IMG/VR virus record: IMGVR_UViG_3300028629_000006
Strand: one strand, 5' to 3'
Source of the DNA: an uncultured virus (IMG/VR IMGVR_UViG_3300028629_000006)
Lineage: Duplodnaviria > Heunggongvirae > Uroviricota > Caudoviricetes
Length of the DNA stretch: 64,000 nucleotides
Shown here: piece by piece, positions 33,964 to 43,257 of the stretch
Position numbering within the stretch: position 1 is the first letter of the stretch
Layout of the letters: each line of letters starts with the position of its first letter
Made by a program: the position numbers and the translations under genes
Notes under the pieces: generated by a model
Database searches by the model: none
Seen by the model: only the letters and a program-made list of their open reading frames with translations
Told to the model about the DNA's origin: nothing

Positions 33964-36720
33964 TTAGGCCTGTTCTCCCATATGGGCTTTGAGCTCGTCC
34001 ATTAACTTCTTGTGCTCGGGCAAGCGCCGAATGACCATGTCAGCGTCCACGGTTATGTTCCGGGGCGGCACCGAGAACCGGTACTGCTTGGCGCGGTTGT
34101 TCTCGACCAACTTGTCCGCGTCGACGTCTGCGGCCTTCAAATCCTGCTTCAACCGTCGGATCACTTGGTGGTATCCGTCCGGTTCGCCCAACTGCCCCGC
34201 CGACGCCCAGCCTACCTCGGTGGTCTTCGCTGCCACGGCGAGCTTCAGGGCCGCCGAGAACGACTGTTCGGTGAGCCACGCCTCCTTGCCATCGATCCTC
34301 ACCAGATGCCGGCGTTTGTCGGCACGCCCGTCGATGTGGATGTCCACATCCGATTGGTAAGCCACGCCCATATCATCGGAAGGGGGATACTCCTCAGCCC
34401 ACTCCGGCTCACAGCCAGGCTGTTCGGCTGCGTCCGCTGGGGCGGTTTGTGTCCCGCCATCCTCATCGCCCTTCGTCGCTTCCTCGCGCTGGAACAGGGA
34501 GGCCAGCTTGCGGAAGAGTCTCGCTGCGATGGGCCTGGTAACCAACTTCTCAATCTGTTGCCTTGGGGCCTCGGCAACCTTCTCCAGCGTGTCTAGACCG
34601 CTTGCCAGTAGTCCCATGATCCGACCGCGGCCGAGTCCTCTTACGCCGACATTGGCCATCTGCACCCCGGGGTGCACCACTCCGTGCCTCAACTGCTCCG
34701 AAAGCGCCCCCATTCGACTCACCGCCGTCTCGGGCCAACCGACGATTCTGGCGACCGCGCTAAAGGCTTCCACCAACCAACTGAACTCGCCGGCAAGCCC
34801 CACGATGCTGCCTGAGAAGCAGTGAAAGCGCCCCTCTATCTCCCGCGTGGGCAATCCCTGTATCCAGTCATACAGGAGAAGCGTCTTCTTCGCCCGCTTG
34901 GAGCCCTCATAGGAGAGAGTGCTGAGGCGGTTGATTTCCGCAAGCCGGCCGCGCGGACCGTCAGGCAGCGCTGCGACCGCCGTTTTGAGCATCTTCAGAT
35001 ACTCTCCCGTCCGATGTTCCTGTGTGGCGAGGTAGAAGTAGACGTCAGCTCCATCCTCCGTCCCCGATAGGCACGACAGAACCTCCAGGGGATGAACATC
35101 GTCCGCGCACTCCCGGACCTCCTTGGCAAATTGGGCCAGTTGAATGGCCGTATCGACAGAGAGTCCTTTGACCGCTGCCAGCCGCCCGAGCTCCGAGGCA
35201 ATCAGGCGCCCATCCTCCGAGCCGATCAGGCCGCCTTCAATGCAATGCTTCATCCCCTTCGATAGTTTCTCGCCGAACTGCACCTCGTTGCTGCCTCCGC
35301 GCCAATACAACTCGCCCGTGAACGAACCCAAGAGCGTCTCTTTGATTTCCTCTTCCGTCTGGCACATCTGAGAAGCTACCAGGTTCAGGACGTGGTACGA
35401 CAAGGGATCATTGCCCAGCGCCGGCTTGATTGTGCCGAGGCTTCCCTTGACGTAGTTGGTGCGGTAAGTGCCGGCCTGGAATTCCGAATCGGCCACGATC
35501 ATGGCGCGACCGAATTCGCCTTCCAACCCCAGCCTGCCCGCTCGGCCACTGATGTTTTCGTACTCGGCCTGCGATATGGGCACCGGGCTCCACCGGCCCG
35601 AGCGGTCATGGTCCCACTTCTCCGGGTCGAGGAAGACGTTCTTGGCAGGCATGTTGATGCCCATTGCAAGCGTCGTCGTCGAGCAGAGCACCGCGATGTC
35701 CCCGCGCCGGAACCACCGTTCGATGACGTCGCGTTGGTCCCAATCCAAATCAGAATTGTGGTAGGCGACGCCGCGTTCGAGCAGGCGAGCAAGCCGGTCC
35801 TTCCCGAGAGAGTCTTCCAAATACTGCAGCTCATCCAGTGCCTTCTCGGCGCGTTTTCCCCGCAGACCCTTGGCTATGGCGGTAGCCGTATCGACACTTT
35901 CCTGACGGCTCTTGCAGAAGACGATGGATTGTTCGCCGGCTCCGACGAAGGCCCGTACCTGGCTAACGAGGATGCCTATTCGGTCGCCTTCGTCCGGAGG
36001 GGGCGCCAACTCCTCAACTCCATCCTTTCCGCTGTTGTGTTCCGAGTAATGGAACGCACCATTCCAGAGCACGCCCTTTCTCAGTTCCACCGGGCGGAGA
36101 TTGGTGTGGCACAACTCGGCGTCCATCCACTTGGCAAGCCTCTCGCTGTTGCCAAGCACCGCCGATAGCCCGATGATCTGCGGCCTGCCTTCCGACAGCT
36201 TGATCTTGGTGAGCAAGAGTTCCAGGTCGGCCCCGCGCGCCTTGTCTCCGATCATCTGCAGTTCGTCAATAACCACTAGGCCAACGTTGCGGAGGAGGCC
36301 GGGGCTGGTTACCAAGAGCCCCTGCATCTTTTCGAAGACGATCACCGCGATGTGAAACTGGCCTCGATTGATGTCCCGGTCAAACTCTCGCCTGTCACGC
36401 GTAGAGATAACCACCCGAACGCCCAGGGGGCCGTAGCGCGACCGGAACTCATTGAACTTCTCCTCGGCCAGTGCCTTCTGCGGCACGAGGTAGACTGCAC
36501 GCTTGTTCTGTCGGGCAGTTCGGATCGCCGCCATCTCGCCGACGAAGGTCTTGCCAGAAGAAGTGGGCGAGAATACGAGGACGTTGCGCCCGTCCATTAC
36601 TCGGCACTTCTGCAAAGCATGCTCTTGAACTGGCAGCAGTTCCTCGTGGCCGTCGGCCTGCCACAGGTCGATAACCTTGCCGTCGATGCCGAAGGCTTCC
36701 AGCGCTGCGATCCTCATCAC
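33964..36720 (-). CDS. Ski2/Hel308-like SF2 helicase with C-terminal OmpR/PhoB-like wHTH
   Basis: SPTSSGKT, VIDELQ, GLSAV, RPVEL, STTTLAMGIN, SGRAGR, HhH (RGLGRGRI), acidic linker, then VRIDGKEAWLT...IRRLKQDL...VEN..KQYRF. Confidence 0.85.
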   Translation of the reverse strand: MMRIAALEAFGIDGKVIDLWQADGHEELLPVQEHALQKCRVMDGRNVLVFSPTSSGKTFVGEMAAIRTARQNKRAVYLVPQKALAEEKFNEFRSRYGPLGVRVVISTRDRREFDRDINRGQFHIAVIVFEKMQGLLVTSPGLLRNVGLVVIDELQMIGDKARGADLELLLTKIKLSEGRPQIIGLSAVLGNSERLAKWMDAELCHTNLRPVELRKGVLWNGAFHYSEHNSGKDGVEELAPPPDEGDRIGILVSQVRAFVGAGEQSIVFCKSRQESVDTATAIAKGLRGKRAEKALDELQYLEDSLGKDRLARLLERGVAYHNSDLDWDQRDVIERWFRRGDIAVLCSTTTLAMGINMPAKNVFLDPEKWDHDRSGRWSPVPISQAEYENISGRAGRLGLEGEFGRAMIVADSEFQAGTYRTNYVKGSLGTIKPALGNDPLSYHVLNLVASQMCQTEEEIKETLLGSFTGELYWRGGSNEVQFGEKLSKGMKHCIEGGLIGSEDGRLIASELGRLAAVKGLSVDTAIQLAQFAKEVRECADDVHPLEVLSCLSGTEDGADVYFYLATQEHRTGEYLKMLKTAVAALPDGPRGRLAEINRLSTLSYEGSKRAKKTLLLYDWIQGLPTREIEGRFHCFSGSIVGLAGEFSWLVEAFSAVARIVGWPETAVSRMGALSEQLRHGVVHPGVQMANVGVRGLGRGRIMGLLASGLDTLEKVAEAPRQQIEKLVTRPIAARLFRKLASLFQREEATKGDEDGGTQTAPADAAEQPGCEPEWAEEYPPSDDMGVAYQSDVDIHIDGRADKRRHLVRIDGKEAWLTEQSFSAALKLAVAAKTTEVGWASAGQLGEPDGYHQVIRRLKQDLKAADVDADKLVENNRAKQYRFSVPPRNITVDADMVIRRLPEHKKLMDELKAHMGEQA

Positions 36721-36981
36721 AGTACCCTTTCACCAGCCCTTTCCTACCCGGATGCCGTAGCCCAAAAAGAAGAAGGCCCACGTCCCGCGGCATTTGCCCG
36801 GACGCGGACCTTAGTTCCCTCTCGCGAGGGATGAAGGTATCTCTACCCTTCAGGCCAGAATGTCTTGCCTACACCCGACCCTCAGATCCCCCACCACAGC
36901 GTCCGCAGCATGATAGCATTGCCGATAGTCTCGTCAAGATCGAATTCCTCGCAGAAAAACTGCCAGAACATGGCCATTTCT

Positions 36982-37014
36982 CCTGTCCCCGCTACCCTCA
37001 TTCGGTGCCCTCTG
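36982..37014 (+). promoter_or_regulatory. Candidate promoter (type 1 motif) for LSR2
   Basis: CCTGTCCCC-N15-TGCCCTCTG, 83 bp upstream of the LSR2 start. Confidence 0.7.
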
Positions 37015-37097
37015 AAGAGATAGTGGGGGACGTGGCAGAAATGCCTTGCCTTCCGGCGAACACCGAGTAACTGACTGGGACGCGAAAGGAGCGCAAC

Positions 37098-38633
37098 ATG
37101 GGCAATGAGAAGCGGGGCGAAGAAACCGGCCCGAGCCGGGTCGCATTCTACACGCGCATCTCGACCGACGAGGACCACCAGAAATACTCGCTCGATGCCC
37201 AGAAGGACCGGCTGGAAGCCTACTGCAAGAGCCAGTACGACGACGACTGGCGACTCTTCAAGATATACCGGGACACCGAGTCCGGCACTCACATGAACCG
37301 CCCCGGGTTGGAGGAGATGCTCTACGACGCCTCAAACAAGGCGTTCGACGTCCTGCTGGTCTTCCGGGTGGACCGGCTGTCCCGCAAGGTTCGCGAGCTC
37401 GCACTGATGGTCGACGAGCTCACCAAGTACCACATCGCACTGAAGAGCATCACCGAGCCGTTCGACACCGCCAATGCCGCCGGGAAGATGATGCTCCAGA
37501 TGCTCGGCGTCTTCGCCGAGTTCGAGCATGCGACCATCGTCGAGCGTACCAAGGTCGGCATGGAGAAGAAGGCCAAGGGCGGCGACTTTGTGGGCGGCTA
37601 CGTACCCTTCGGATACCGCCTCGAACCAGAGAAGGGTCTAGTGGTCCGCGAGGAGGAGGCGCTACTCGTCCGGAAGATATTCCAGATGTACGCCTTGGGC
37701 CTGGAGGGCACGCAGACCGTCGTGAACAAGCTGAACGCCAGCGGCATCCGGAAGCGCAGCGGCCAGAAGTGGGAGAAGCATGGCCTGCTCCAGATTCTCC
37801 GGAACCCGCTCTACGTGGGCAAGCTGCGCTGGCGGGAGTGCATCTACGACGGCAAGCACGACCCCATCATCTCGGAGGACATCTTCAAGAAGGCCCAGGA
37901 GATCCTGAAGGAACGCGCCACGGAGGTCAACGGCCGACAGTGGCACAACGGCGAGGAGCGGCTGTTGTCGGGCGTCATCATGTGCGGGAAGTGCGGCACC
38001 CACATGGTCGGGGTGAGCACCCAGAAGAAGGACCGCAAGTTCCCCTATTACCTTTGCAACAAGCGCTGGAAGACCCACGACTGCGACCAGGCCTACGTCC
38101 GGGCCGACCTCCTCGAGAAGGCCGTCATGATGGACATCACGGGCATGTTCCAGGACGAACAGTTCATGGCGCGCATCTGGGCGGAGGCCAACAGGCGCCT
38201 CGGGGCCGAGAAGCCTGACGTGGAGCGGGAACTCGGTCGGGTCGAGGCCCAGATGGACCGGACGCAGAAGTCCCTCGACCGCTACTTCCAGGCCTTCGAG
38301 GCAGGCAGCATGAAGCCCGCCCTGTGCAACGAGAAGGTCGCGGGACTCACCGCCCGCCTCGCGGAGCTGGATGCCGAGCGCGCCGCACTGAACGCGCGCC
38401 GCCAGAGGCTATCCCTGCCGGCCCTGGACCGGGACATGCTGGCCAAGTGGCTCAAGGAGTTCGAGGAGGTCTTCGCGGCCGGGACGAACCCGCAAAGAAA
38501 ACACCTTCTCCAGCGCGTGGTGAAGAAGGTGCTCATCCATGACCGCCGGACGGTGGAGGTCTGGTATGGCTTACCAAACTCCCCGTCGGTTCGTACAACG
38601 GGAGGTTTGGCTCCCCGAACGCAACCCTCTTAG
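37098..38633 (+). CDS. Large serine recombinase (LSR2)
   Basis: FYTRIST, FRVDRLSRK, GVFAEFE, recombinase domain, Zn ribbon CGKC..YYLC..C and coiled coil. Confidence 0.95.
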   Translation: MGNEKRGEETGPSRVAFYTRISTDEDHQKYSLDAQKDRLEAYCKSQYDDDWRLFKIYRDTESGTHMNRPGLEEMLYDASNKAFDVLLVFRVDRLSRKVRELALMVDELTKYHIALKSITEPFDTANAAGKMMLQMLGVFAEFEHATIVERTKVGMEKKAKGGDFVGGYVPFGYRLEPEKGLVVREEEALLVRKIFQMYALGLEGTQTVVNKLNASGIRKRSGQKWEKHGLLQILRNPLYVGKLRWRECIYDGKHDPIISEDIFKKAQEILKERATEVNGRQWHNGEERLLSGVIMCGKCGTHMVGVSTQKKDRKFPYYLCNKRWKTHDCDQAYVRADLLEKAVMMDITGMFQDEQFMARIWAEANRRLGAEKPDVERELGRVEAQMDRTQKSLDRYFQAFEAGSMKPALCNEKVAGLTARLAELDAERAALNARRQRLSLPALDRDMLAKWLKEFEEVFAAGTNPQRKHLLQRVVKKVLIHDRRTVEVWYGLPNSPSVRTTGGLAPRTQPS

Positions 38634-38637
38634 AACA
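38574..38637. other. Candidate LSR attachment site in the 3' end of LSR2
   Basis: Imperfect inverted repeats CCAAACTCCCCGT/ACGGGAGGTTTGG and GTTC...GAAC around TGGCTCCCC; composition changes immediately downstream. Confidence 0.35.
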
Positions 38638-38794
38638 CACATCCTGGCCGTGTTATGGCAGGAGATTTTGTCCAAAGGGTGCTTGTGCGCTTCATTGTTG
38701 GGCTCTACTTGTTAACACCGGCTTGATCGAGATAATCTCCTGCATCCTGAGCAATGAAGATCACGTTCGGCAGGTAATCCTGCAGGAGGGGGCG

Positions 38795-39889
38795 GTGACC
38801 AGAAACCCCTTGGCCAACACGGCCTACGAGGAACGACGCAAGCCACGTTCCGGCGATCCGCGAGGGCCATACTTCCGCGATCAAACCGCCATCATCCACT
38901 CGTATGCATTCCGGCGCCTTAAGCACAAGGCTCAGGTCATATTTGCCACCAGAAACGACCACGTCTGCACCAGAGTCGAGCATGTTCTGCATGTGGCAAC
39001 GATAGCTGCAACCATATGCAAGGGGCTGAACGAAACAGGTCGATGGGATCTGAACCCGGACATTGCATATGCCATCGGCCTAGGTCATGACCTCGGCCAC
39101 GCGCCCTTCGGACACGCTGGAGAGGAGGTGATCGCTAAGTACTGTCCTGGGTTCATTCATGAAGAGCACGGCTATCGTGTAGTTGAACGTCTCGGCCAGA
39201 AGGGTGGAGGATCTCTTAACTTAACCTATGCAGTAAGGGACGGCATTAGATGTCACAACGGAGAACGCTATGAGCGCAGCCTCAAGCCATCCGCCACGCT
39301 CAACAATCTGGATACGCTTCAGGGACGGTCCGCAGTCCCAGCGACATATGAGGGTTGCATCGTGCGCTTCTCGGACAAGATCGCCTATCTGGGCAGGGAC
39401 GTCGAAGATGCGATTACCCTGAAGCTTATCAGCGCCAGTGACGTCCCGATTCCTGTTGCAGCGGTCTTAGGCAACTCCAACTCCCAAATCATAGATGTCC
39501 TGGTGCGTGATGTTGTTGAAGCTTCGCAAGACACGGATGCAGTACAATTGTCTGAGGAGAAGTTTGCGGCCGTGAAGAACTTGTATGACTTCAACATCAA
39601 GAACATCTACAACCACGAGAGGCTGGCGAGGAGCAAGGAATACGTGAAGTATGTTGTTGGCTCACTCTTTGACTACTTTCTCAGTCTCTTTAGAACCCAT
39701 GGCTTCAACTTTGAGGACTACGCTAGCCGATCTCTTGCGATCAACAATGCATTTGGTCATTCGCTGGAGACCCTTGCCGCCTTCTACAAAGAGGAGGGTG
39801 CTACTGGCGAACGAATTGTCGCGGACTATGTTGCCGGCATGACAGATTCATACGCGCTGGATCAGGCCAAGCAGATCATGCTGGTCTGA
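38795..39889 (+). CDS. dgt: dGTP triphosphohydrolase (HD family)
   Basis: RD...IIHS.AFRRLKHKAQV, TRVEH, GHDLGHAPFGHAGE, DKIAY..D.ED and DYVAGMTD. Confidence 0.9.
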   Translation: MTRNPLANTAYEERRKPRSGDPRGPYFRDQTAIIHSYAFRRLKHKAQVIFATRNDHVCTRVEHVLHVATIAATICKGLNETGRWDLNPDIAYAIGLGHDLGHAPFGHAGEEVIAKYCPGFIHEEHGYRVVERLGQKGGGSLNLTYAVRDGIRCHNGERYERSLKPSATLNNLDTLQGRSAVPATYEGCIVRFSDKIAYLGRDVEDAITLKLISASDVPIPVAAVLGNSNSQIIDVLVRDVVEASQDTDAVQLSEEKFAAVKNLYDFNIKNIYNHERLARSKEYVKYVVGSLFDYFLSLFRTHGFNFEDYASRSLAINNAFGHSLETLAAFYKEEGATGERIVADYVAGMTDSYALDQAKQIMLV

Positions 39890-40307
39890 ACGATTTGCGC
39901 GGTGATCGCGCGATGGCTCTAAGAACTCGGCTGATCGCCCCTTCAGGATCACGTTCGACGGTGTGTCCCCAAATACGGATTACTGTCCAACCGCCCCGCC
40001 GCAGTCGTCTGAAGGTGCGCTGGTCGCGTCTCCTGTTCGCCTCGATCTTGGTTCTCCAAGAGGGCGAAAGACAACCCCTCCATCGAGGAAACCGCCAACC
40101 ATGCCAGAAATCACCATCAACAAAGATGGCCACCCTATGAGCTGGGAACACCACATCCGGTTTCCCTGGAAGGCTGGTGACATGCTTCCTGAACCGCAAT
40201 CCTTTCTTGCGAAGCGCGGACGTCACCACGCACTCAATAGCTGTGTCCTTCCCTCTGATACGGGACATGCAGTGGCTGCGCTGAGCTTTCGTTAAATTGT
40301 CTGCCAT
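39876..40307 (-). CDS. vsr: Very short patch repair endonuclease
   Basis: MSRIRGKDT, LPGKPD, FVDGDFWHG and GWTVIRIW. Confidence 0.93.
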   Translation of the reverse strand: MADNLTKAQRSHCMSRIRGKDTAIECVVTSALRKKGLRFRKHVTSLPGKPDVVFPAHRVAIFVDGDFWHGWRFPRWRGCLSPSWRTKIEANRRRDQRTFRRLRRGGWTVIRIWGHTVERDPEGAISRVLRAIARSPRKSFRPA

Positions 40308-40316
40308 CGTCCCCGG

Positions 40317-43235
40317 TTACGGTTCAAACTGGCCGAACGCTGCCACCATCTCTGTCCCGCCAGGGATTGAGATTGGCGGCGGTGTTCCTGCACCCGCCCG
40401 AAACTCCTGAGGTTCCCTCCGGCATAGCATGCGGAAATCGCAGCCGGAACACTTGTCGCGATGAGGACGCATGGGGTAATCTGACTGCAGAATGCCCTCA
40501 ACGGCAAACTCGATGTTTCGAAGCGCACTGTCAATGGCCTCGTCCGTCACAGGCACCTCGACGCGACGATTGTCCTTTAGCAGGTGGACATGCCCGGTCT
40601 TGGTATTCTCGCCGAGGACATGTTGCGCCGCACGCGCATAGAGTTGGACTTGGAGCGACAGCTCCGTCCATTCAAGGTTTACATTCTCGGCAGGCTCATC
40701 TCCACCTTCCACCGCTTTGAAATCGATGATCTCCGCCTCCAATATCTTCCCCGCGGGGTCCTGTTTCAATAGGAGATCAATGGAACCGGATATCACACAG
40801 CTGCTGAAGGGCACCTCAAAGGTTGCCTCAACCTGCCGTTGTCTTAGGAAGTCCGCTCCGAACGACGCAGCATACTCTCGCATGATCTCGATGGCCTTAT
40901 TGCGAGCCCTCTCATAGGGGCCCGGCGAGTTCTCCGGGTCTCTGCTTTGGGGCACATGTTTGAGGTGGAAGACAGAGGCTCCGACTTCGCCAGCCTCTGT
41001 CGGGGTCGGTGATGCATTCTGATATTCTTCATGAAGCTTCTCTACTGCTGTATGCACGGTCTTTCCGAAGCCGAACATATCAGGGATGAAAGGGCTGAAC
41101 CCGAAACTCTGCCGAAAGCGATAGTCGCGCGGACAACGCAAGTAGTACCGCAATGCCGAGAAGCTCGTAGGCAAGTCGGACTCTTCGGCTCTACGCTTCG
41201 GGACATGAGGGACAAGACCGGGCGTCGGCACAGCCGCATCATCTAACATCTCTGCATGCCGAAGCCTATTTGCGAATCGAGAGCGGTTTCTGGGTCTTGC
41301 CGCCGCGGGCAGGTGTTCTGCACCGGTCACGTATAGATAGCGCTCTGCGCGGGTGAGCGCCGTATAGAACAGCCGCGTCTCCTCTTCGGGCGTACTCTGA
41401 TAGGCACCACGAGTGATGGCGTTCTGGATTACTGCCAAGGGTAGCCATCCATCGTAATGCCGGCGACGCGCCGGGAAGCGCTGTTCCTCGACATCGCAGA
41501 TGAAAACGCAGGGAAACTCCAGTCCCTTCATCTTGTGGACGGTGGAAACGGTTACTGCATCGGGACGCTGAATCACTTCTTCCATCGAGACGTCGTATCC
41601 TGTCTCTGCTGCATTGCCGAGGAAATTCAAAATCTCATGGAAGCGACTCGATGAATCAACGCTCATGTAGACCGCTTCAACGTCTTGAATCATTCGGCTG
41701 AATAATCCGATGTCCCGCATGGTGGAATCATCAAAATCGTGTCGGGCTGTTCCGAAGGCCTCTAGCAAATCATAGACGAGCTGCTGTGGATATACACGCC
41801 GCCGAGCACCACCCGATGGCGTGTGAATGAGCCGCCCCCACTCGGTAAGCACTCTAATTAGTGCACCGAAGTCAGCATGCGGGTAGGCTGGCCGTATTGC
41901 AGCATCGAAATGGGCTTGGACTCTTTCCCGGGGTGGCGAGGAATTGCGAAGAAGCTCGAACGTGCTTCGGAGAACCGCGACTTGTGGCCTCTCGAACGGG
42001 CCACCACCTGCTTCGAGAGTGAAAGGGATGTCTCGTTCGGTCAGTGCCCTAGTGAAGGCCGAGTGCCTGGCACAACCGTCCTGCTCGGGTTGCCGCGTAG
42101 ACCTCATGAGGATTGCGAAGTCAGCTGGTGTAAGCCCGCGCATGGTGCCGTCGCTATCTTGATAAGCGGTGCCCAGTAGTGCTCGAATCTTATCTGCGAC
42201 CCACGAGACTTCTGTCGGTCGGTCGCTGAACCAGAGGGCTCGGAAGTCCCGAGGGGCCTTGTTCTCCCTAGCTGCGGGATTCTTCGCCATGCGGCTCGGG
42301 CCGAGTTCGGCTGCAGCAAATGCATCGGAAGCCTCGACAATCGGCGTTGTGCTTCGAAAGTTCGTGGCCAGGGTATGACTCGCAGAATCTGGATACCGCC
42401 TTCCGAACTCAAGAATGTTGCTTACATCCGCTCCCCGCCAGGCGTAGATTGACTGATCATCATCTCCCACCACGAAGAGCGTATCTGAGCGGCGATGCAA
42501 CTGACGGATGAGTTCCTCCTGGCAAGGGTTGACATCCTGGTACTCATCCACCATGAGATGCCGGAGTGGTTGGATTGCCTCATTGGCCGCAGCGTCATTC
42601 TGAACAAGTGAGTCTACAACCTTGCGGATCATCAATGAGAAATCGAGGAATTGATCCCTGTTAAGGCCGTCGTTAAGACCTCGCAAGACGGCGCCGAGGT
42701 CGCGGTCGGCCGCCTCGACGTCTACGAGCCGCACCAACTCATCATTCATCGTCTTCCACGCCTCAGAGATCTCCCTGACGGTGCGGAAGTACTTGTGCTG
42801 TGACGAGACTCTACCTTGGATGACCCTAAGCCCGAGCTGCCAATAGCGCGAAATCAGATAGAGGACGAGTCGGTTTTCATCCAGGACATCATACTGCCGA
42901 TATATAGCGTTCATCTTCATGAGAACCTGATGGCAATAGGAATGGATCGTGCCGATATACATCCGCCCCATGACCGCAGGATCGATGCCGACTCGCGCTA
43001 GGGCCGAGCTGACTCTCCGCTTGATTGCTTCTGCCGCCTTGTCTGTGAAGGTGAATGCCACAATCGAATCGGGAGGATGTCCTTCACCCAGAAGCCTGGC
43101 GATTCGATATGCCAGCGTTCGTGATTTGCCCGAACCAGCGCACGCTATCGTCAGCACTTCACGTGCAGGATCGAGCGCGGCATCTCGTTGCCTCGGGGTC
43201 AGCTCTGCGTCAAGTATCTCCCGTATGTTTGTCAT
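40317..43235 (-). CDS. UvrD-like SF1 helicase fused to a PD-(D/E)XK nuclease with Fe-S cysteines
   Basis: ACAGSGKS, VDEYQD, VGDDDQSIY, TVHKMKGLEF, YTALTRA; C-terminal CP..., GSID, IDFK, QVQLY and CSGCDFRMLC. Confidence 0.9.
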   Translation of the reverse strand: MTNIREILDAELTPRQRDAALDPAREVLTIACAGSGKSRTLAYRIARLLGEGHPPDSIVAFTFTDKAAEAIKRRVSSALARVGIDPAVMGRMYIGTIHSYCHQVLMKMNAIYRQYDVLDENRLVLYLISRYWQLGLRVIQGRVSSQHKYFRTVREISEAWKTMNDELVRLVDVEAADRDLGAVLRGLNDGLNRDQFLDFSLMIRKVVDSLVQNDAAANEAIQPLRHLMVDEYQDVNPCQEELIRQLHRRSDTLFVVGDDDQSIYAWRGADVSNILEFGRRYPDSASHTLATNFRSTTPIVEASDAFAAAELGPSRMAKNPAARENKAPRDFRALWFSDRPTEVSWVADKIRALLGTAYQDSDGTMRGLTPADFAILMRSTRQPEQDGCARHSAFTRALTERDIPFTLEAGGGPFERPQVAVLRSTFELLRNSSPPRERVQAHFDAAIRPAYPHADFGALIRVLTEWGRLIHTPSGGARRRVYPQQLVYDLLEAFGTARHDFDDSTMRDIGLFSRMIQDVEAVYMSVDSSSRFHEILNFLGNAAETGYDVSMEEVIQRPDAVTVSTVHKMKGLEFPCVFICDVEEQRFPARRRHYDGWLPLAVIQNAITRGAYQSTPEEETRLFYTALTRAERYLYVTGAEHLPAAARPRNRSRFANRLRHAEMLDDAAVPTPGLVPHVPKRRAEESDLPTSFSALRYYLRCPRDYRFRQSFGFSPFIPDMFGFGKTVHTAVEKLHEEYQNASPTPTEAGEVGASVFHLKHVPQSRDPENSPGPYERARNKAIEIMREYAASFGADFLRQRQVEATFEVPFSSCVISGSIDLLLKQDPAGKILEAEIIDFKAVEGGDEPAENVNLEWTELSLQVQLYARAAQHVLGENTKTGHVHLLKDNRRVEVPVTDEAIDSALRNIEFAVEGILQSDYPMRPHRDKCSGCDFRMLCRREPQEFRAGAGTPPPISIPGGTEMVAAFGQFEP

Positions 43236-43257
43236 GCAGCCCTCCTGTGAATATTCA

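Larger units (their letters stand above)
1..38640 (-). mobile_element. Prophage 1 (siphovirus-like, cos/lambda-type packaging); left boundary may lie outside the window
   Basis: Contiguous minus-strand regulation, recombination/replication, cos, terminase, portal, capsid and tail genes, flanked by two large serine recombinases. Composition shifts after ~38.64 kb. Confidence 0.85.

Noticed and set aside
38605..38620. tRNA gene at TGGCTCCCC
   Set aside because: Only about 9 bp resemble a tRNA 3' end; no T-arm or cloverleaf. No tRNA or rRNA genes were recognised in the window.
40317..41200. Cas4 call for the C-terminal Fe-S nuclease
   Set aside because: It is fused to UvrD with no CRISPR context; better explained as an AddB/AdnA-like PD-(D/E)XK domain.
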